Below, piece by piece: positions 47,001 through 62,000 of a stretch of DNA of 64,000 bases; the stretch's first letter is position 1, and each line of letters starts with the position of its first letter. The position numbers and the translations under genes were made by a program. The stretch spans positions 143,224 through 207,223 of the forward strand of contig JBFOMH010000019.1 of NCBI GenBank assembly GCA_040830765.1. Reading direction: 5' to 3'. Origin of the DNA: Puniceicoccaceae bacterium. GTDB lineage: Bacteria; Verrucomicrobiota; Verrucomicrobiia; Opitutales; Oceanipulchritudinaceae. The notes under the pieces were generated by a model, which saw only the letters and a list, made by a program, of their open reading frames with translations, did no database searches and was not told the DNA's origin.

Positions 47001-50000
47001 GGATATTGGGCTGGGTAGCGGCGTCGGGCGTTCCCGCCTCCGCGTTCGTTACGAAGGTGCTGACGGTCTGGTCTTCAAGGAACGTATTCACCTCAAGGAT
47101 GAACTGCCCTTCAAGCGTAACTCCCGGGATGGTCCCGGCATCAGCAATGGCCAACTGGACGCGCCCGACAAGGCCTGGGCCGAGGCCGGCACGATTGGCG
47201 TAGAAGAGGAAGTCCAGGCTGCCGGAAAGGGCACCGACATACTCGATATTGAGGCTGACCGCACCGGAAATCCTGACATAGGCATTCCCGTCCGTATCGA
47301 TGGAGGCGACAAAGCCAAGGAAGCCGCTCAGGGTAATCGTATCAAAGATGATGATGCTGCCCTGGATGCTGGCCGCGATGTAGAAGGCTGGTGCGCCGCC
47401 AGCGTCGGTACCATCCGGATTCGGGGCCGAGGCATAGACTGTGTAGGATGTCGGGGCATCATCCGGCAGGAATTCGAGGAAGCTGTCAGGCACTTCGAAG
47501 GTCTGTTCCCTCAGGGTGGTATTCATCATCAGGGCGACTTCACCACGGACCTCGAAGATGCCGTCGAAGGCGGACGTCTGTTCACTGCCTTCCGGGGTTG
47601 CCCCAAGGGACAATTCAACGGTGGCGTAGAGGGCCAGACCCGGAATGCCCGGGCTTTCCAGGGAGGCATCGAGAATGACCAGGCCAACTGCCTTGCCGTA
47701 AAGACCGAGAACCGGAATTTCCGCTTCTGCCTGGATGAAGACCTCGAAGCGAACCGGTGTAATCCGGAGGAAGAATCCACCAAAGAAGCGGACCGCGTCA
47801 TCAGCATCCGGATCCGAGGAGCCATCAACCTTGATCTTCAGGGAGCCAACGATCTCGATGGCGAAGGATTCGGCCGGGAGGATGAATTCCTGACCTTCAG
47901 AAAGCAGGTCGGTCGAGCCGTCGGAGGAGTTGACCTTGAAGAAATAGCTCGGTCCGAGTTTTTCGCCACCCTCTCCATCATCGACCTTGGTGATGATCTT
48001 GTACTGCTGGTTCTTGATGATCGTCTGGACTGTCCCACTGGTGATGGTCAGGCCGGATCCGAGCCCATCTTCCTTGGCCTGGACGAGGTCGAGGATTTCC
48101 TGTGAGGCCTCCACTTCACCAAGGACGGAAGTCGAGAATCCGCTGGTGCCGATACCGGTGTCTTCCTGCACCACGTCGCCCGGAATTCCCTCAAGGATCA
48201 GGGTTTCCACCTTTTCAGTCGGCGTGGTGTTGATTTGCAGCATGGCGCTGCCGTCAGCGAAGATGCCGTAGTTCTTGAGGAAGTCGAGATTAGCCTGGAT
48301 CTTGGCCACACCCCAGAATTCCGGATTTCCGGAAACGGTGTCGCCGGTAAGAAGTGTAAAGCGGGCGGCGGCCGAACCAATGTTGCCCAGCTTGATAATC
48401 TTGATGGTACCGTTGGCATCGAGGCTGAACTTCTTGACGATGCTGCCGTCGCTGAGTTGAAGGTCGCCAATTTCAAGGGTCACACCACCGCGGATATCAA
48501 TGATTGGCTCCTCGGTGAAGCCAAGGCCCTGAAGCTTGATACCACCGGAAATCTCGATGTAGAACACCTTGCCGATTTCCTGCGGTTCCTCACTCGGTTC
48601 CTTGACGGTGGCGATGACCTGGAAGGCCTGTTCGCTGTCCTGACCCGGATTACCCTGCTCGTCCGCCCAGGCTTCTCCGTCAAAGTTAACCACAACCGAA
48701 CCCTCGGTGAAGACACGGTTGATGAAGAAACGATAGACCGTTTCATCCGCCTCGTCGATAAGGCCATCGGAGTCATTGTCGAGGCCGTCGGTATTGCTGG
48801 TAATCTGGAGCGTGCTGTAGACCGTCACCGCATCACTCAAGCCGTTGCCGGAAAGGGAGAATTCGTCGCCGTTGATCTCGGAAGCAACCAGCTCAACGCC
48901 ACCGGCAGTCGAGAAGCGGACATCGATCCATGTGTGGCTGGTATCCTCGGCCACGGCAATTGAGTCCGCACCAGCGGCATTGCCATTGGAATCCCCGGCC
49001 GGGGTGATGACATTGTAGGCATCTGCGATATAGTTGATATCGATGGTGCCGTGGGTGAAAGTCCCGACATACCAGTAACGGAAGGTGTAGGGATCCCCGT
49101 CAACGCGCGGAAGCAGGATCGGAGCCTGGCTGTCGTCAAGGGTCAGGGTTCCGTCGGAGACAGAGGTGATTTCAAATTCCGGATCGAGGTCGGTGATGCT
49201 ATCAATGTCGAGGGCATTACCGGCACCAGGATCGATAGTCACGTCGAAGAAACCGCGGTTGTTGAGCAGGTCCTGATCGGTTTTTGAACCAACCACCGGA
49301 TCGGCCAGTTCAGCCTTGAGGACAACAACCGTGAAGGACTCACTGGAGGCCAGCATGCCGACCGCGGCGTTGACTGGCAGGTCCCAGCCCGGCTCCGGAT
49401 CAACAGCGACTGCCTTGGACTCGACGGCGTCGACCGCGAAGTTCACCGTCACCTTGCCCTCGGTGAATTCGCCGGTGAAGAAGTAACGGAAGGTATTGCT
49501 GCTGGTAAGTTGCAGTGGTTCGACACCACTTGCCGGGGCAAAGTCGCCGGAAACGCCACCCTCAACCGTGAACTCGGTTCCATCAATGCTGTCGAGGTCC
49601 AGTTGACGACCCGTGACCGGGGTGTAGTTGACGTCAATGTAAGTCAGATTGGCAGTGGTCGGGTCGGCGACCGTTAGTGTATCCGTGGATGTGTTGCTGG
49701 AACCGTCGGTAAAGCTGATCGAGTCCGGCAAGAGGGTTACGGTTACCGCTCCGGAGGTGTAGGACCCCAGAGTGAAGTAGCGGAAAGTATAGCTGCCATC
49801 AGCGCTTTCGAGCAGGACCGGAGCCTCAGCACTGTTGAGGGCCAGGTCGTGACCGCCAGCGGGATTGATATCAAACTCAGGATCCTCGTCGTAGAAGGAG
49901 TCGAGGATCGGGGTCAGTCCTGATGGGAATCCGAAGGTGACATCGATGAAGCCACGGTCATTGATCGAGGCCAGGCCGACAGCACCGTTATTGACTGGTC

Positions 50001-53000
50001 CCTTGATGGCGGCGGTTGTTCCGACAAGCGTAAAGGTCTGGACAATTTCCCGGTTGAAATGGTTGAGGCTGTCCTGGATGGAATCAGCTGGAATCGTGAC
50101 GGTAACCTCTCCGTCGCCGGCAATGGCAAAGTCGGTACCTGAATTGATGTAGAAGCGGTATAAGTCGTTCCCGAGCTCGGTAAAGTCCTTCATTCCAATC
50201 TCGAAGATAGAGGCATCGCCCGATGCAGCGCCGTCGAAGACGATCTCGCCGGAATCGAGATAATTGGTAAAGGTGATATCCGGATCCGCAGTATTGGTCT
50301 TCTTGGAGGGGAGGATTTCAATATCGATGTAGTTCATGCTCCCTGAAACGATGAGGGAGGAATCGATGGCAATATTGCCGTCATCATCCGCAGTCCCACC
50401 GGCTTCCAAGATGACATTCATGTCATCGGAGCTGGCGCTGGCGTCCGTTTCATTCGTGAAGGACCACGCACTGGCATCGAAATTCAGGGTTACGCTCTGT
50501 GTACCGTCGGCAGCGAAGTCGCCTTGGATGGCGTAACGATAAGTATTGGTATCGCCGATACGGGTTGGCGCTTCATCGCGAATCAGGAAGATTGTTCCGG
50601 TGCCCGTCTTGGATTCATTCTGACCACTGTAGCTGAGGGAGAATTCATCCCCGAAATCAAGGATGGAACCTGGATCGAGTTCAAAGCCTGACGGAATATT
50701 GTCGAACTCGACCGTCAGGATGGTCGGATCATCGAGGACGATCGAGGCAACCGAAGGAGTGCTGGCGGCGTCTTCAGTGAAGGACCAGCTGCCATCGATG
50801 AATGTGACATTGACCACATCCTCGACCCCTGCATCCTCGGCGAAGAATCCAGTGGTCCAGTAACGGAAGCGGTAGGAATTGCCGGCCTCTTCCAGGAGGA
50901 CCGGAGCCTGCCCGGTATCCAGCTGGATGGTACCCAAACCGGGACCACTAAGGGTGAATTCCGGCGTCAGGTCAGTGACGGAGTCCGAATCCAGCGTGAA
51001 TCCGTCGAGGGTTTCCGTGAAAGTGACATCAATATAGCCGCGGCCCCAGATCGCACCGATATCGAGTTGTCCACCATTGCCCGGGGAGACGAGGCGGACC
51101 GTCGGACCATCAATGCCGAAGGCGATATTGTTTCCTTCATCATCGGTGGGAACGGTGTCGACGGGGAGGTAGTTACCGGCCGTATCACGCCAGCCATCTT
51201 CGCCGAGATAGCGCTTAAAGGTCACCTCGAGGGTTTCCGGTGAGTAGGTGCTGCCGGAGACATCATAGCGGAACACCGTGATACCCTCATCAGCGAGCAT
51301 CTGGTACCAGGCATCATCGTCGGTGACCTCGGACGGACGTTCGAATTCCTCGATGGTAGCAATGCCGTTTTCATCAACGACGGTGGTGATGGGCACCGGC
51401 TCGCCGGAAACGACAGAGAGACTGCCAACAGTGAATTCAAATTCGTGGCCCGAATCGAGGATGGAGGCATAATCGAGGGCCGCGCCTGGAGTAGCCCCGA
51501 AGGTCACGTCGACGTAGGTTGTGCCGAAGCTACCGAAGGCCGGTTGGGCATTGGCCACATTGACGTCCACGAACGGCTTGTCGTTGGTGAATGGCAGGGA
51601 AATTTCAGCCGTCGGGAGGACGACACCAAAGCTGTGGTTCCGTGGATCACTGGTCGATTCATCGCTGTCTTCCCATGCTCCGATCTCGAGCCGGTAGGTG
51701 CCTTCGGTGAGGGCGTCCTCGGCGTAGAAGAAACGCACCATGTTGTCGCCCATGCGGATGCCGTGCTTGCCACTGGCGGTTACGTTTTCGGCTGCAATGG
51801 GATCTTCACTTTCATCCGGCTTGACCCGGAACAGGGCAGCGCCGCTGTTGATGAAGCTGTCGATGACAACATCGGTCAAATCACCCGTGGCGGACGGGAT
51901 CAGTTTCACATCCAGGTATGGAAGCAGGAAGATGGAGGTGGAGGCCAGGGTCTGGGTGCTGGCTGACTCTTCTTGCCACGCTCCGTCGGGATCCTGGTAA
52001 GCGCCGAAGGTTTCATTGAAGACTTCAACCCCTTCCGAATCCGTGTAGGACCATGTTTCCTTGAGCCAGACGATATCGACAGTGGATGGGGCGGATTCAT
52101 CAATAGACGTAATCCAGTACCAGAACTTGCCCTCGACGAGAACAGGCGCCTGGGTTGTGTCGAGAATCAGTGAACTGGACTCGAGTCTGAATTCGGGTGA
52201 AAGGTCGACAACCGTATCAACATTGAGGGTCGTGCCGGCCGGACCCGCTGGGACATCAACGACAAGGTAACCGCGGTTGTTAATCGTGCCCTGTCCAATC
52301 ACACCGCCATCGGTTGGACCAACAAGGTTGGTATACGGCTTGCCGGTCTTGGGATCGACCACGGTCAACGTTGCCTCTTCACCGGTATTCGGATTGCGGA
52401 AGCCCATCTTGAAGCGGCCGTCAATGGTCAACAACTGGACCTGATCCGGGATATCGGCAAGGAAGAGAACCGTGGCCTCGCCGGCGGCAATCTTCGACAT
52501 GTCGGCATAGAGCCTGGCACTGATGCTAAGGTTGTCAGCGGCAAAATTGAGTTTACCGATGGCAAGGAACTTGCCGTCCGTGCTGATGCGGAGGACGATC
52601 TGGCCGTTGAAGACCTTCTCGGAGGTGAAGATGGAGAATATCTTGGCCGAACCGGTGATGATCATCGGCGAAGTAAAGGCAGCGAGGAAGCCACCGATGG
52701 CCGGGTTCGCCTTGACGGCCTGGTACTGGTTGACCACCTGCAGCTTGACGCTGTCAAGCCACTGATCGGCTGACTGGGCAGTCGGCAGGTTGAAGGCCGG
52801 TCCACGCAGCTCTTCCGGCTTGTCAATGGACGGCAGGGTGCTGAAGAACTCAACCCCGGCGGCGAAGTTATTGATGGCCAGGCCAATCTGCGGGACAAGG
52901 ACGATACCACCCGGGATGGAGCCCTCGATGTAGACCCCCAACGGACCCAGTTCGGAAAGGGCGAAGCGGATGGTAAAGCCGCCGGCACCGGCAAACTCGA

Positions 53001-56000
53001 AGCCACCCTGGACGCCCATGAAGAACAAGCGTTCCTCAACCGGTGTCGTGGTATCCAGACTACTGATTATGGAACCGGTTGCATCCAGCTTGAGGATGCC
53101 ACCAATGAGCGCGGCACTGATCCTGCCGCCAAAGAGATCGCCCTCAAGGGAAACGCCAATGGAGGCGATGTCCTCGATCGGGAATTCTCCACGGAAGAGT
53201 TTTCCGACATTGATCCGGATGCCCTCGATTGATCCGGAGAAGGTCAGGCCACCAGCCCCTTCAAGGCCGGTTACGCTGGCGGAGAGGATGAGGGTAAAGT
53301 CTTCCGGCCGGTTCTGGATGTCGTCCCAGATAAGGCCGATCTCATCGATGCGGATGGGCAGCCAACTTGGCCACTTGAAGCTTTCACCCGTCGCACCACC
53401 AATGCTCAGGAAGACCCCGAAGCCCTGCTTGGTAACAAAGGTTCCATCACCGAGGAAGGCGAAGTTGCGGGCTTCACCGCCAATGACCAACGAACCAATC
53501 TTCACCTCGGCACCGACCGAGCGGAAGCTGACCAGCTCTTCATCCGCGGCGGCCCCGGTATTGATGGCCACATCCTGGGCCGTAAGGGTGAGGAAGGAAC
53601 CGAGGGTTATCCGTACAGTGTCCGCGTTGAAGATAAAGGCCTTGGCCCGGCCGTTTTCAAATTCGACCCCGAGCCGGATGGCTTCCGTGTCCTCGATACC
53701 ATTGGCCAGGCGAGGCTCGGAAGAGGTCCGGTCGGTAATGGAAGCGGAAACCGCCTTGCCCTCGAAGAGGTAGGCCCCGCCGGAGGCAAAGAAGATAGTC
53801 CCGTCGAAGTCGATATCTTCGCCGAATGTGACGGAGAAGTTGCTTACCCCTACCCTCAGGTCGTCAAATTCGATAATGCCCGCGATGCCAATTCGATCGT
53901 TTCCGCCGGAGGTCTGCTGCATCGCATTGGGATCGTCCGGATTGGTATTGCCTGGATCGTAAATCAGCTGTGCCTCGCCAATATCAAATCCGTCCGGATA
54001 AACAACCAGTCCCGGCGTTCCATCACTGGGAGCAATCTGACCGGTAACCCCAAAGGCCGGGAAGGTGACTTGGGCCGCCTGGACGACAAGGATCTGCTGG
54101 CGCAGGCCACCGTTGGCTTCCTGGTCGTAATTGGGATCCCAATTGAAGACAATGCCCGAGGCGGTGACGTTGACAACGTTCGGGATGTTGACCTCAAGAC
54201 CGGCAACCTGGATGCCGAACTTGCCTGGGACAGAGAATGCATCGGCAAGACTTCCACCACCGGTAATCGCACCAAGGGCAGCAAGGACGTCGACATTGAT
54301 GTCAAATGTACCGAGCAGGCCTGTAGCGGTCGCACTGATACCACCACTGGAGGACGAACCGGATGAACCACCTGTTCCTCCGGAACCGCCTGTCCCACCA
54401 GATGTGCTGCTGGAGCTGCCACCGAAACTGAGGCTGGCGCTGTCGACCCCGATACCGACGGTAATGACCAGCTGGCCGTCCTTGAACTGGGTCTTGACCA
54501 GGCTGAGGGACGGACCTTCCAGGGACAACGGCCCGAGGGCAATCGGATTGGTGGCATCGGCCCCATCCTGCTGGGTGGAGGAAATCGTGAAGACCTCGTC
54601 GGAACGGACACTGCTGACCGCACTGGCGCCGGTACCGGTCTGCCAACTACCCGCAACAAACTGGACGTTGACGTCGCCGGCGACGAACATGTCGGAAGCC
54701 TGGACACCCGCTTTCGGCGTGAAGAGGTAACGGTAAGTGTTGGCGGACTGCCGGATGACAGTGACCATGGCCGTTCCATCCGGGTTAACAGCCACATTGG
54801 AAGCTCCCACGCCAGTCAGCCTGATTTCATTACCATCGATACTGGCTGGGTCGATAGCCGCGCCAGTCGGGCTGTAGAAGACCACATCGAGGGAACCATT
54901 GGCATTGATCTTGGACAGACCAACGGTCGCTCCATTGCCCGGGCTAGCCAGCGAGGCATACGGTCCCGGGGACGGTGCCGTGGCGGCCTTGTAGAGGACA
55001 AACCGCTCGGAACCGGAGGCCCCGTTCTTGCCGAGGGAGTCGGACCAGGAGGTGCCGCCGATGAAGGTAACCGTGACATTGACCTTGCCAGCCGTCTGGA
55101 CGGCATCCTTGAAGGCCTGGGTCATGGAAATCGGGTAAAGGAAAGTGCGGTCGTTGGTGGAATCGGTAAATTTCTCAACCGCGGCATTGTCGACTGTCAG
55201 ACCGGTGAGGGAGGTTCCATCCGGTTTCGTGACAGCGACATTAAACTCGGCCGTACTGTCGAGGATGGAAGCATCATTGAGGCCCTGGCGGTTCGGATCA
55301 TTATAGGTTACCGCGAGGTAGCTGAAGTCATCCAGGTTGACAATGGACGTGGAGACCGGACTGGCCAGAACGGCTGTCGGGGTGACAAGTGCCGACGCCG
55401 GGGTGGCAATTGTTGCTCCCTGGCCAAAGATGGAGTAGCCGCTGACACGGATGTTATCGAGGGAGAATCCGTCAATCCCGCCAAAGTGGAATTGCGCCGC
55501 CCCGGAGAGGGCGAAGACTTCATCGAGTCCGCCGGAATCATTGGGAAGCTTGATAATGACATTGGCTTCCGGGACATCGACATTGACCACCCCGTTGGGC
55601 TGCCTGATGAAGGACATGGCCCCGGAAATCGTGAAGACATCCGCCGCACTGAAGGTCAGCAGGTTATCCTCGTCGATTTCACCGGTTTCCGTGAAGCCGG
55701 CAGAGAATTCCTCGATCTTGGCTGTGCTGTTGAACTTGACGCGGATGGCAGCTTGTTCGCCTTCTTCATCAATGAGGCCGTTGCCGTTATCGTCCTCGCC
55801 GTTGTCGTCCACCGGTTCCGAGGCCAGCGGATCTGTCGGGAGAATAATCGACTTGTCGATGGCCTGGCCGGAGTTGTTGAGCTTGACGGTGATCGAGCCA
55901 CTGATGGTCAGACCGTCGAGGCCAACCAGTTCGGCCACACCGTAAGCAATGACAGCATAACGGTCAGGCGTACCCGGGACCGAGGCCCACTTGATGAGAC

Positions 56001-59000
56001 CCAGGGAAGCGTTTGTTACCAGGAGGCCAATGGCGCCGTCCTTGATATTGCCATCAGCGTCGCGGACAGAACCGCCATCCGGAACATAGCCAAGGAAAAT
56101 TTCCACGTTGCGGGCACCGTACAGGGTGAGGTCACCCTCGGTCTGGACGGTGAAATCACCGGTCAACTCGAAGAACGGCGGGATGGAAATGCTGGCATTG
56201 AGAACAGCAAAGCGGACCACGTTGCCTTCGAGGGCGCTGAAGACGATGGAGATGTTGGTATTGCCAACGGAAATGGACTGGTTGACGGCCTTGCCGGTGG
56301 TGTTGATCTCAAGGAGAATGTCGCCGCCGAGGGTCGGCAGGCTGGGCTGCGAGGAGCTTTCGGCGGAAACGGTCACGCGCAGGACACCGGCAACCCCGTC
56401 CGGAGTAAAGACGAACCCGCCCTGGCCATCTTCCAGCCTGACATCAAAGACCGTCAAGGTGACCTCCGAGGCAGCGATGCGGATCATCTTCGGTGCCGGG
56501 ATGGTGTCACTTGGATTTGGATCGGCCAGCGTTATCTGTTCAAAGGTGAAGTAACCGCTGAGGGTAAACGGATCCGAGACCGAGGAGTCATTAAAGGTGA
56601 TGGCGACATTGAGGTAACCGGTAATGCGGAAGAAGGGGCCCTTAGGCAGGATGAGGTCTTCCGTGTTGCCATCGCTGTCCACCACGAAGGTCTCATCGAC
56701 GGCTGCATTGGTGGTGTTGATCTCAACGGCGATGTTTCCGCCAAAGGCAATATTGGCCCCACCGGCATCAAAATCGAGGTTGAAGCCATCATAGCGGATG
56801 CTGGCCGCCATGCCCTGCGGGGTAATCAGGATAAGTCCACTGAGGCCACTGAGGGTAAAGATCGGATCGTCCGGATCGCCGAGGGAGAAGGAGAAATTGG
56901 TGACAGCAATCTTGATGATTTCCGAACCGTTCGGACGGACGGACTTTTCAAAGGAGATAAAGGTACTGACAGAGATGTCGGCGGTATCGTCGAGGTCGAA
57001 ATCAAAGCCGAGGGTAACGTCACCGGAAGCGGCGATGATGCGGGTTTCCATCTTCAGGTAAACAGGATCCGTACCTTCGCCAGTACCAACCTCGTATCCT
57101 GATGCCCCGAAGGAATCGATAAAGTCGATAACCGATGGCGGCGGAACGGTCGTGGTGGAGGTGTTTCCGGTGGCCCGGACCGAAGCGCTGTTGACATCAA
57201 CCTTGAGGTTTTCGACGTCGAGAATGACACCCGGAACACCGACCAGGCTGATATCAGCGGCCTCGGCGTGTAGGGCGAAGTAGCTGGACTGGTCAGCCAC
57301 GGCAACCGGTTTGAACATAGCCATGCCGAAATCAAAGTCCTGGATGCTCAGGCCGATGGCATCGGTCTCGGACGGATCGTCGTTCTCGTCAAAGTTACCG
57401 TCCCCGTTGCTGTCCGGATCGCCGATTCCAACGAATGCGCTGACATCGGCGGCACCAACGGTCAGGACGTTGACGCTCTTGGTCGTTCCGTCGGAAAGGG
57501 TCACGGTCTGCGGCGTGCTGCTCTTGTAGAACTCGAAACTGCCGCTGACGTAGACGAAATTCTCAACAATCAAGGTGACATCGCCATAGGCACGGGTCAG
57601 TTCCTTGTTGAAGTCGAGCAGGATCGACGGTGCAACGGCATCCCCTTCCCCATCAGGATCAATACCGGTCTGGACAATGAGTCCACCATCGGATGCCCAG
57701 TCAGCAGTGGTTTTAAAGTCAACAACCTGCGGCAAGAGCGTTGGCGAGGTGTTGGTTCCCGTCTTGCCACTGTTCATTTCGACACCGAGGACATCGGCCC
57801 GGATAGTGACACCTTCGATACCGACAATTTCCACGCCGCCACTTGCCTTGAGGCCGAAGTAGCTGGAGACATCATCTGCCTGACCGGTCGCGGTCTGGTC
57901 GGCCTTCATCATGGCCATGCCGAACTCGAGGTCACTGAGGACAAAGCCCATTGCCCCGTCTTCTTCCGGGGTGTCATTGGAATCAATGATGCCATCCTCG
58001 TTGGAGTCGACGAAGTACGGTCCGCCGATGCCGACAAAGCCATTCACGTCACTGGCCCCGATGGTCATGACATTAACGACCTTGGTACCGGTCGCGCCTT
58101 CAGGACCAACCGTGTTGACCGTTACCGGATCTCCACTCTTCTCAAAGGCGAACTGGCCACTGACATGGACGAAGTCGGAGAGGCTGAGGGCAACGTAACC
58201 ACTGGCCCGCAGGAGTTGGTCTTCCGTGAAGGAAATCAGCTCGGTATCGTCGACTGTCGGGCCGGTTATGACCTGCAGTCCTGCGGAGCTGCCATAACCT
58301 GTCGGGTCGGCGGCCGCGCTGGCTGCGTAATCGATGGAAGGTGTCAGTCCAGTCAGGCTGAGTGGATCGGTATCCTTGCCCTGGTTGACCTCGATGGTCA
58401 GGCGGCCAGTGAGGGTAATTCCATCGATGCCAATAAGGTCAGCGGTTCCGGTACCCTTGAGAGAGAAGTACTTCTTTGTCGAAGGCGTGGCTTCCGGAGC
58501 GACAACCGGCTTCATTAGTACCAGGGCCATCTTTTCCACACCCAGGGAAACACCAGTTGTGTTCTCTTCCAGTGTCGCGACATCGTCCACCTCGTAATTG
58601 TCGTCGCTGTCCGCGTTGCCGATTCCGGCAAAGACGCGCAGGTTGTACATGCCAATCGAGAGGACGGACATCTTGACCGACTCGGTGGAGCCAATGGTCT
58701 TGGCAAACAGTTCCTGCTTCTGCAGGGCGAGGGTTCCACTGACCCAGACGAAGCCGGCGATATTGAGGAAGAATGAACCGATGAAGAGGAAGTCGACCGT
58801 GTCATCCAGGTCGGCGAGGGCGGTTCCGGCAAGGGCCCAGTCCTTGCTTAAATCATCTTGCTGCTCGGCAAGGTACTTCCAGTCGATCTTTGTCCCGCCG
58901 GCATCCGGCATGTTCATCCACAGCTTCATGTTCATGAGCCGCAGGGAGAAGACGTCCTCATCGAGGCCGGTAAAGGTCATGAGGTCGAGGCCGGCGGCAA

Positions 59001-62000
59001 TGCCGACCCACTTCTGGGCAGTGGCACCGGTACCGACACTCAGTAGAGCGAGGTCGAGGAAGGCCCCGCCGATGAGGAAACCGAGTGCATCCGCGTCCTC
59101 GAGGTCCTGTTCAAAGTCAGCAACATCGGTGTAGCCTTCCTTGTCGATAACTCCGTCCACCCCGGCGAAGAGGTAGACTTCGGAAAGCCGGATGACGAGG
59201 AGGTTGGCACCATCGAGGGACAGACCGTTGTGGTCGGCGGCGCTGTCGAGCATGCGCTGGGAAATGGAGAATTCAGCGGAAAGGATAACGAACCCGGAGA
59301 CATTCAGGTAGAGCTTCCCTTTCACATCAAGGAGAGTCCCCTGCGTCATGTCAGCCAGTGGCGTTCCGGAGATGCCTAAGGGATCGCCGGTGAGGGTGGC
59401 CAGTCCGCTCCAATTGAGACGCGTGCCATCAGCAGCTGCGGCTTGGTTGTAAAGGACACTGAGCTGGAGAATTTCCAGTTCAAAGGTATCCGGCAACCCG
59501 TGCAGGGCCATGGCGTCGACGCTGGCCGCAAGACCCATCCAACTGCGCATGGCGCCGTCGGCCTCGGTCACCATGACCAGTTCGAGGCTGCCACCACTGA
59601 CACTGAATCCGATCGCGTCATCCGTATTGAGGCCAATGACGTTGCCATCATCGTCGAGTTCGAAGTCACCATTGACCCCAACAAAGAGCTGGAGGCCGGA
59701 AAGCGAGATACGCTGACCATTTGCGGTCGTGCTCAGGGTGGTGCCGGCACCGTCGCTCAGTCCGCCGAGGCCATCCAGTTTAAAGTACTCGAACGAGCCG
59801 GCGGCGAGGACGAAGCCAAAAATGTTAATCTTGATGGAGCCGCCGATGCGGAATTCCGGTCCGGTAAAGCCAAGCGGGGTGCCATTGACGAGAATCAGAT
59901 CCGCATCAAAGGTATCATCGCCGCTCTGCAGATCGACTTGCCCCCCTGCTCCATCGGTCCAGTCAAGGGCCGGTTCTGGCGGAGGTGCGGGGCTGGCGAC
60001 CGGTGAAGTACCGCTGGAGGTATTGCTTTCGTAATAGAGTTCAACCGCCTCAATGATGAAATCTGTCGGCATGCCGCTGAGACGGGCCCCGCGGACATTG
60101 ATTTTCATCGCCGTGTAGGTCCGGTCGAAGCCACTCGGGTTCTTCACCGGATCCGGATTCACCTTGATGGTGGCGATGGCCACTTCACCGGAATCCACTT
60201 CGAAGCCAGGACCACCGGGCACACCGATGAAGAGACCGGGCAGGTCATCACCGGAGGTGGCGGAAGATGGCAGAAGAGCATTGTAAATTGCTAAATCATC
60301 CGCATCGACATCGTCGTCGCCATCAATATCGGTTTCATCGGACAGCGCGACTAGTTCCAGACCGATGGTCAGCAACTGGGCATCATCATAATCCGTGGCC
60401 GGGTTGATTATATCGTCCCCGTCGAGTTTCACGTCAACCGGCTGGATGACCATCTCGAAGCCGGCAAAAATCTGTACTGCGCCGTCACCAAGGCTGAGAC
60501 TGAGCAGTCCGGAAATGCCGGTAAAGGCGGTTTCCAGCTCAATCGGGATGACGGCCGGCGGATTTTCTGGAATGGTTGCCTGGACCTCGACCACGACAGC
60601 CTCGGGCGTGAAGTCACCTGTAGTGGCATTACCCGTACCAATATCGGTATTCCAGTCAATAGCCTCGGCCAGGGTTGTCGTTCCGGGCGTGTTGCCCTTG
60701 GCGCTGTTGACCAGGACCTCGATGTTGGCCGCAGTAATATCAAATCCGGGAATGCCTTCGAAGGAGGCTGTCCCGATGCTTGAGGAAATGGCGGTGTAGC
60801 CCCGGGTATCGCCCGGAATGATGGTCTGGTTGGCCGTGATGGAGACAAAGGCGATTTCCCCACCGGTCACGCTGAAGCCGATCGCGTCGGTATCATCGAC
60901 TGAACCATCGGTCTCATCCAAGCTGGCCCCCACTCCGATAAAGACGCTCGTAATATTGAGCCCGATCTTGAGCATGGTGGCATCCTCGAGGTCCTTCTCG
61001 GTTGTCGGCGAGAAGTACCCGTTGCCATTAGCATCGACGTCGACCTCGGTGCGCGACATCGAGAAGCTGGCCAGGCCAACAACAAATCCGAAGAGGTCGA
61101 CGGCCACGGTTCCACCGATTTCCAGGGCTGTGTCCTTTGTCAGCGCGTCTGGGAATTCCGGAAGGATGCCTTCAGTGTCACTGGCACCGGCCCAGTCGAT
61201 CCGGTCAGTCGATTCTTCACCTGCAGCATTGGTTGCCTTGTTGATAAGAACGCTGCCATTGAGGACCTTCAGGGTCAGACCGTCGATACCGACCAGGCTG
61301 GCGCTTTCCAGTCCGATGGCCAGGCCAGTATAGCTGGTCAGGTTGGTCGGTGATGCATCAGCCGGTTTGACCAAGCCAACAGTCACACTGCCACCCTCGA
61401 TGCTGAATCCGATTGCCGAACCAACATCCACGGTATCGTCCGTCGGGGTCAGGGTACCGTTGTCATTCAAGGCCGCACCCACACCGGCAAACAAGCTCAT
61501 CGGAGCACCGGTATCCGGATTTTCACCCAAGGTGATGGCCATCGTCGGGGCGTTAGCCAGGACGCCATCGACATTGTCTAAAGGATTGGTCTCACCCGAG
61601 CCCGGGATGGCCGTGTTGTTGGTATCAACATCCGAGGTTCCCTGGGTCATGGTGAAGTAGGCGGTACCCACAACGAAGCCGAAGATATCGACGGAGGCAC
61701 TACCCTGGATACTCAGGTCAATACCACTGGTCAGTTGGTCGCTGAAGTCGGGCAGCAGGGTACCGGTTGCAGTGGCCCAGTTAATCTTGGGGAGTACGGC
61801 GGCGGTGCCATCGGTTGCCTTGTTGACCAGGACCGTTCCGCTGGCAATGAGGGTCAGCCCGTCGATACCGACAAGGGTTGCTCCTTCAAGTCCGATTTCC
61901 AGACCGGTATAGCTGATGAGAGGATTATCAGCCGGCTTGACAATGGCCATGTCAACGGTACCGCCCACAATGCTGAATCCGAGAGCACCTTCGGTATCGA

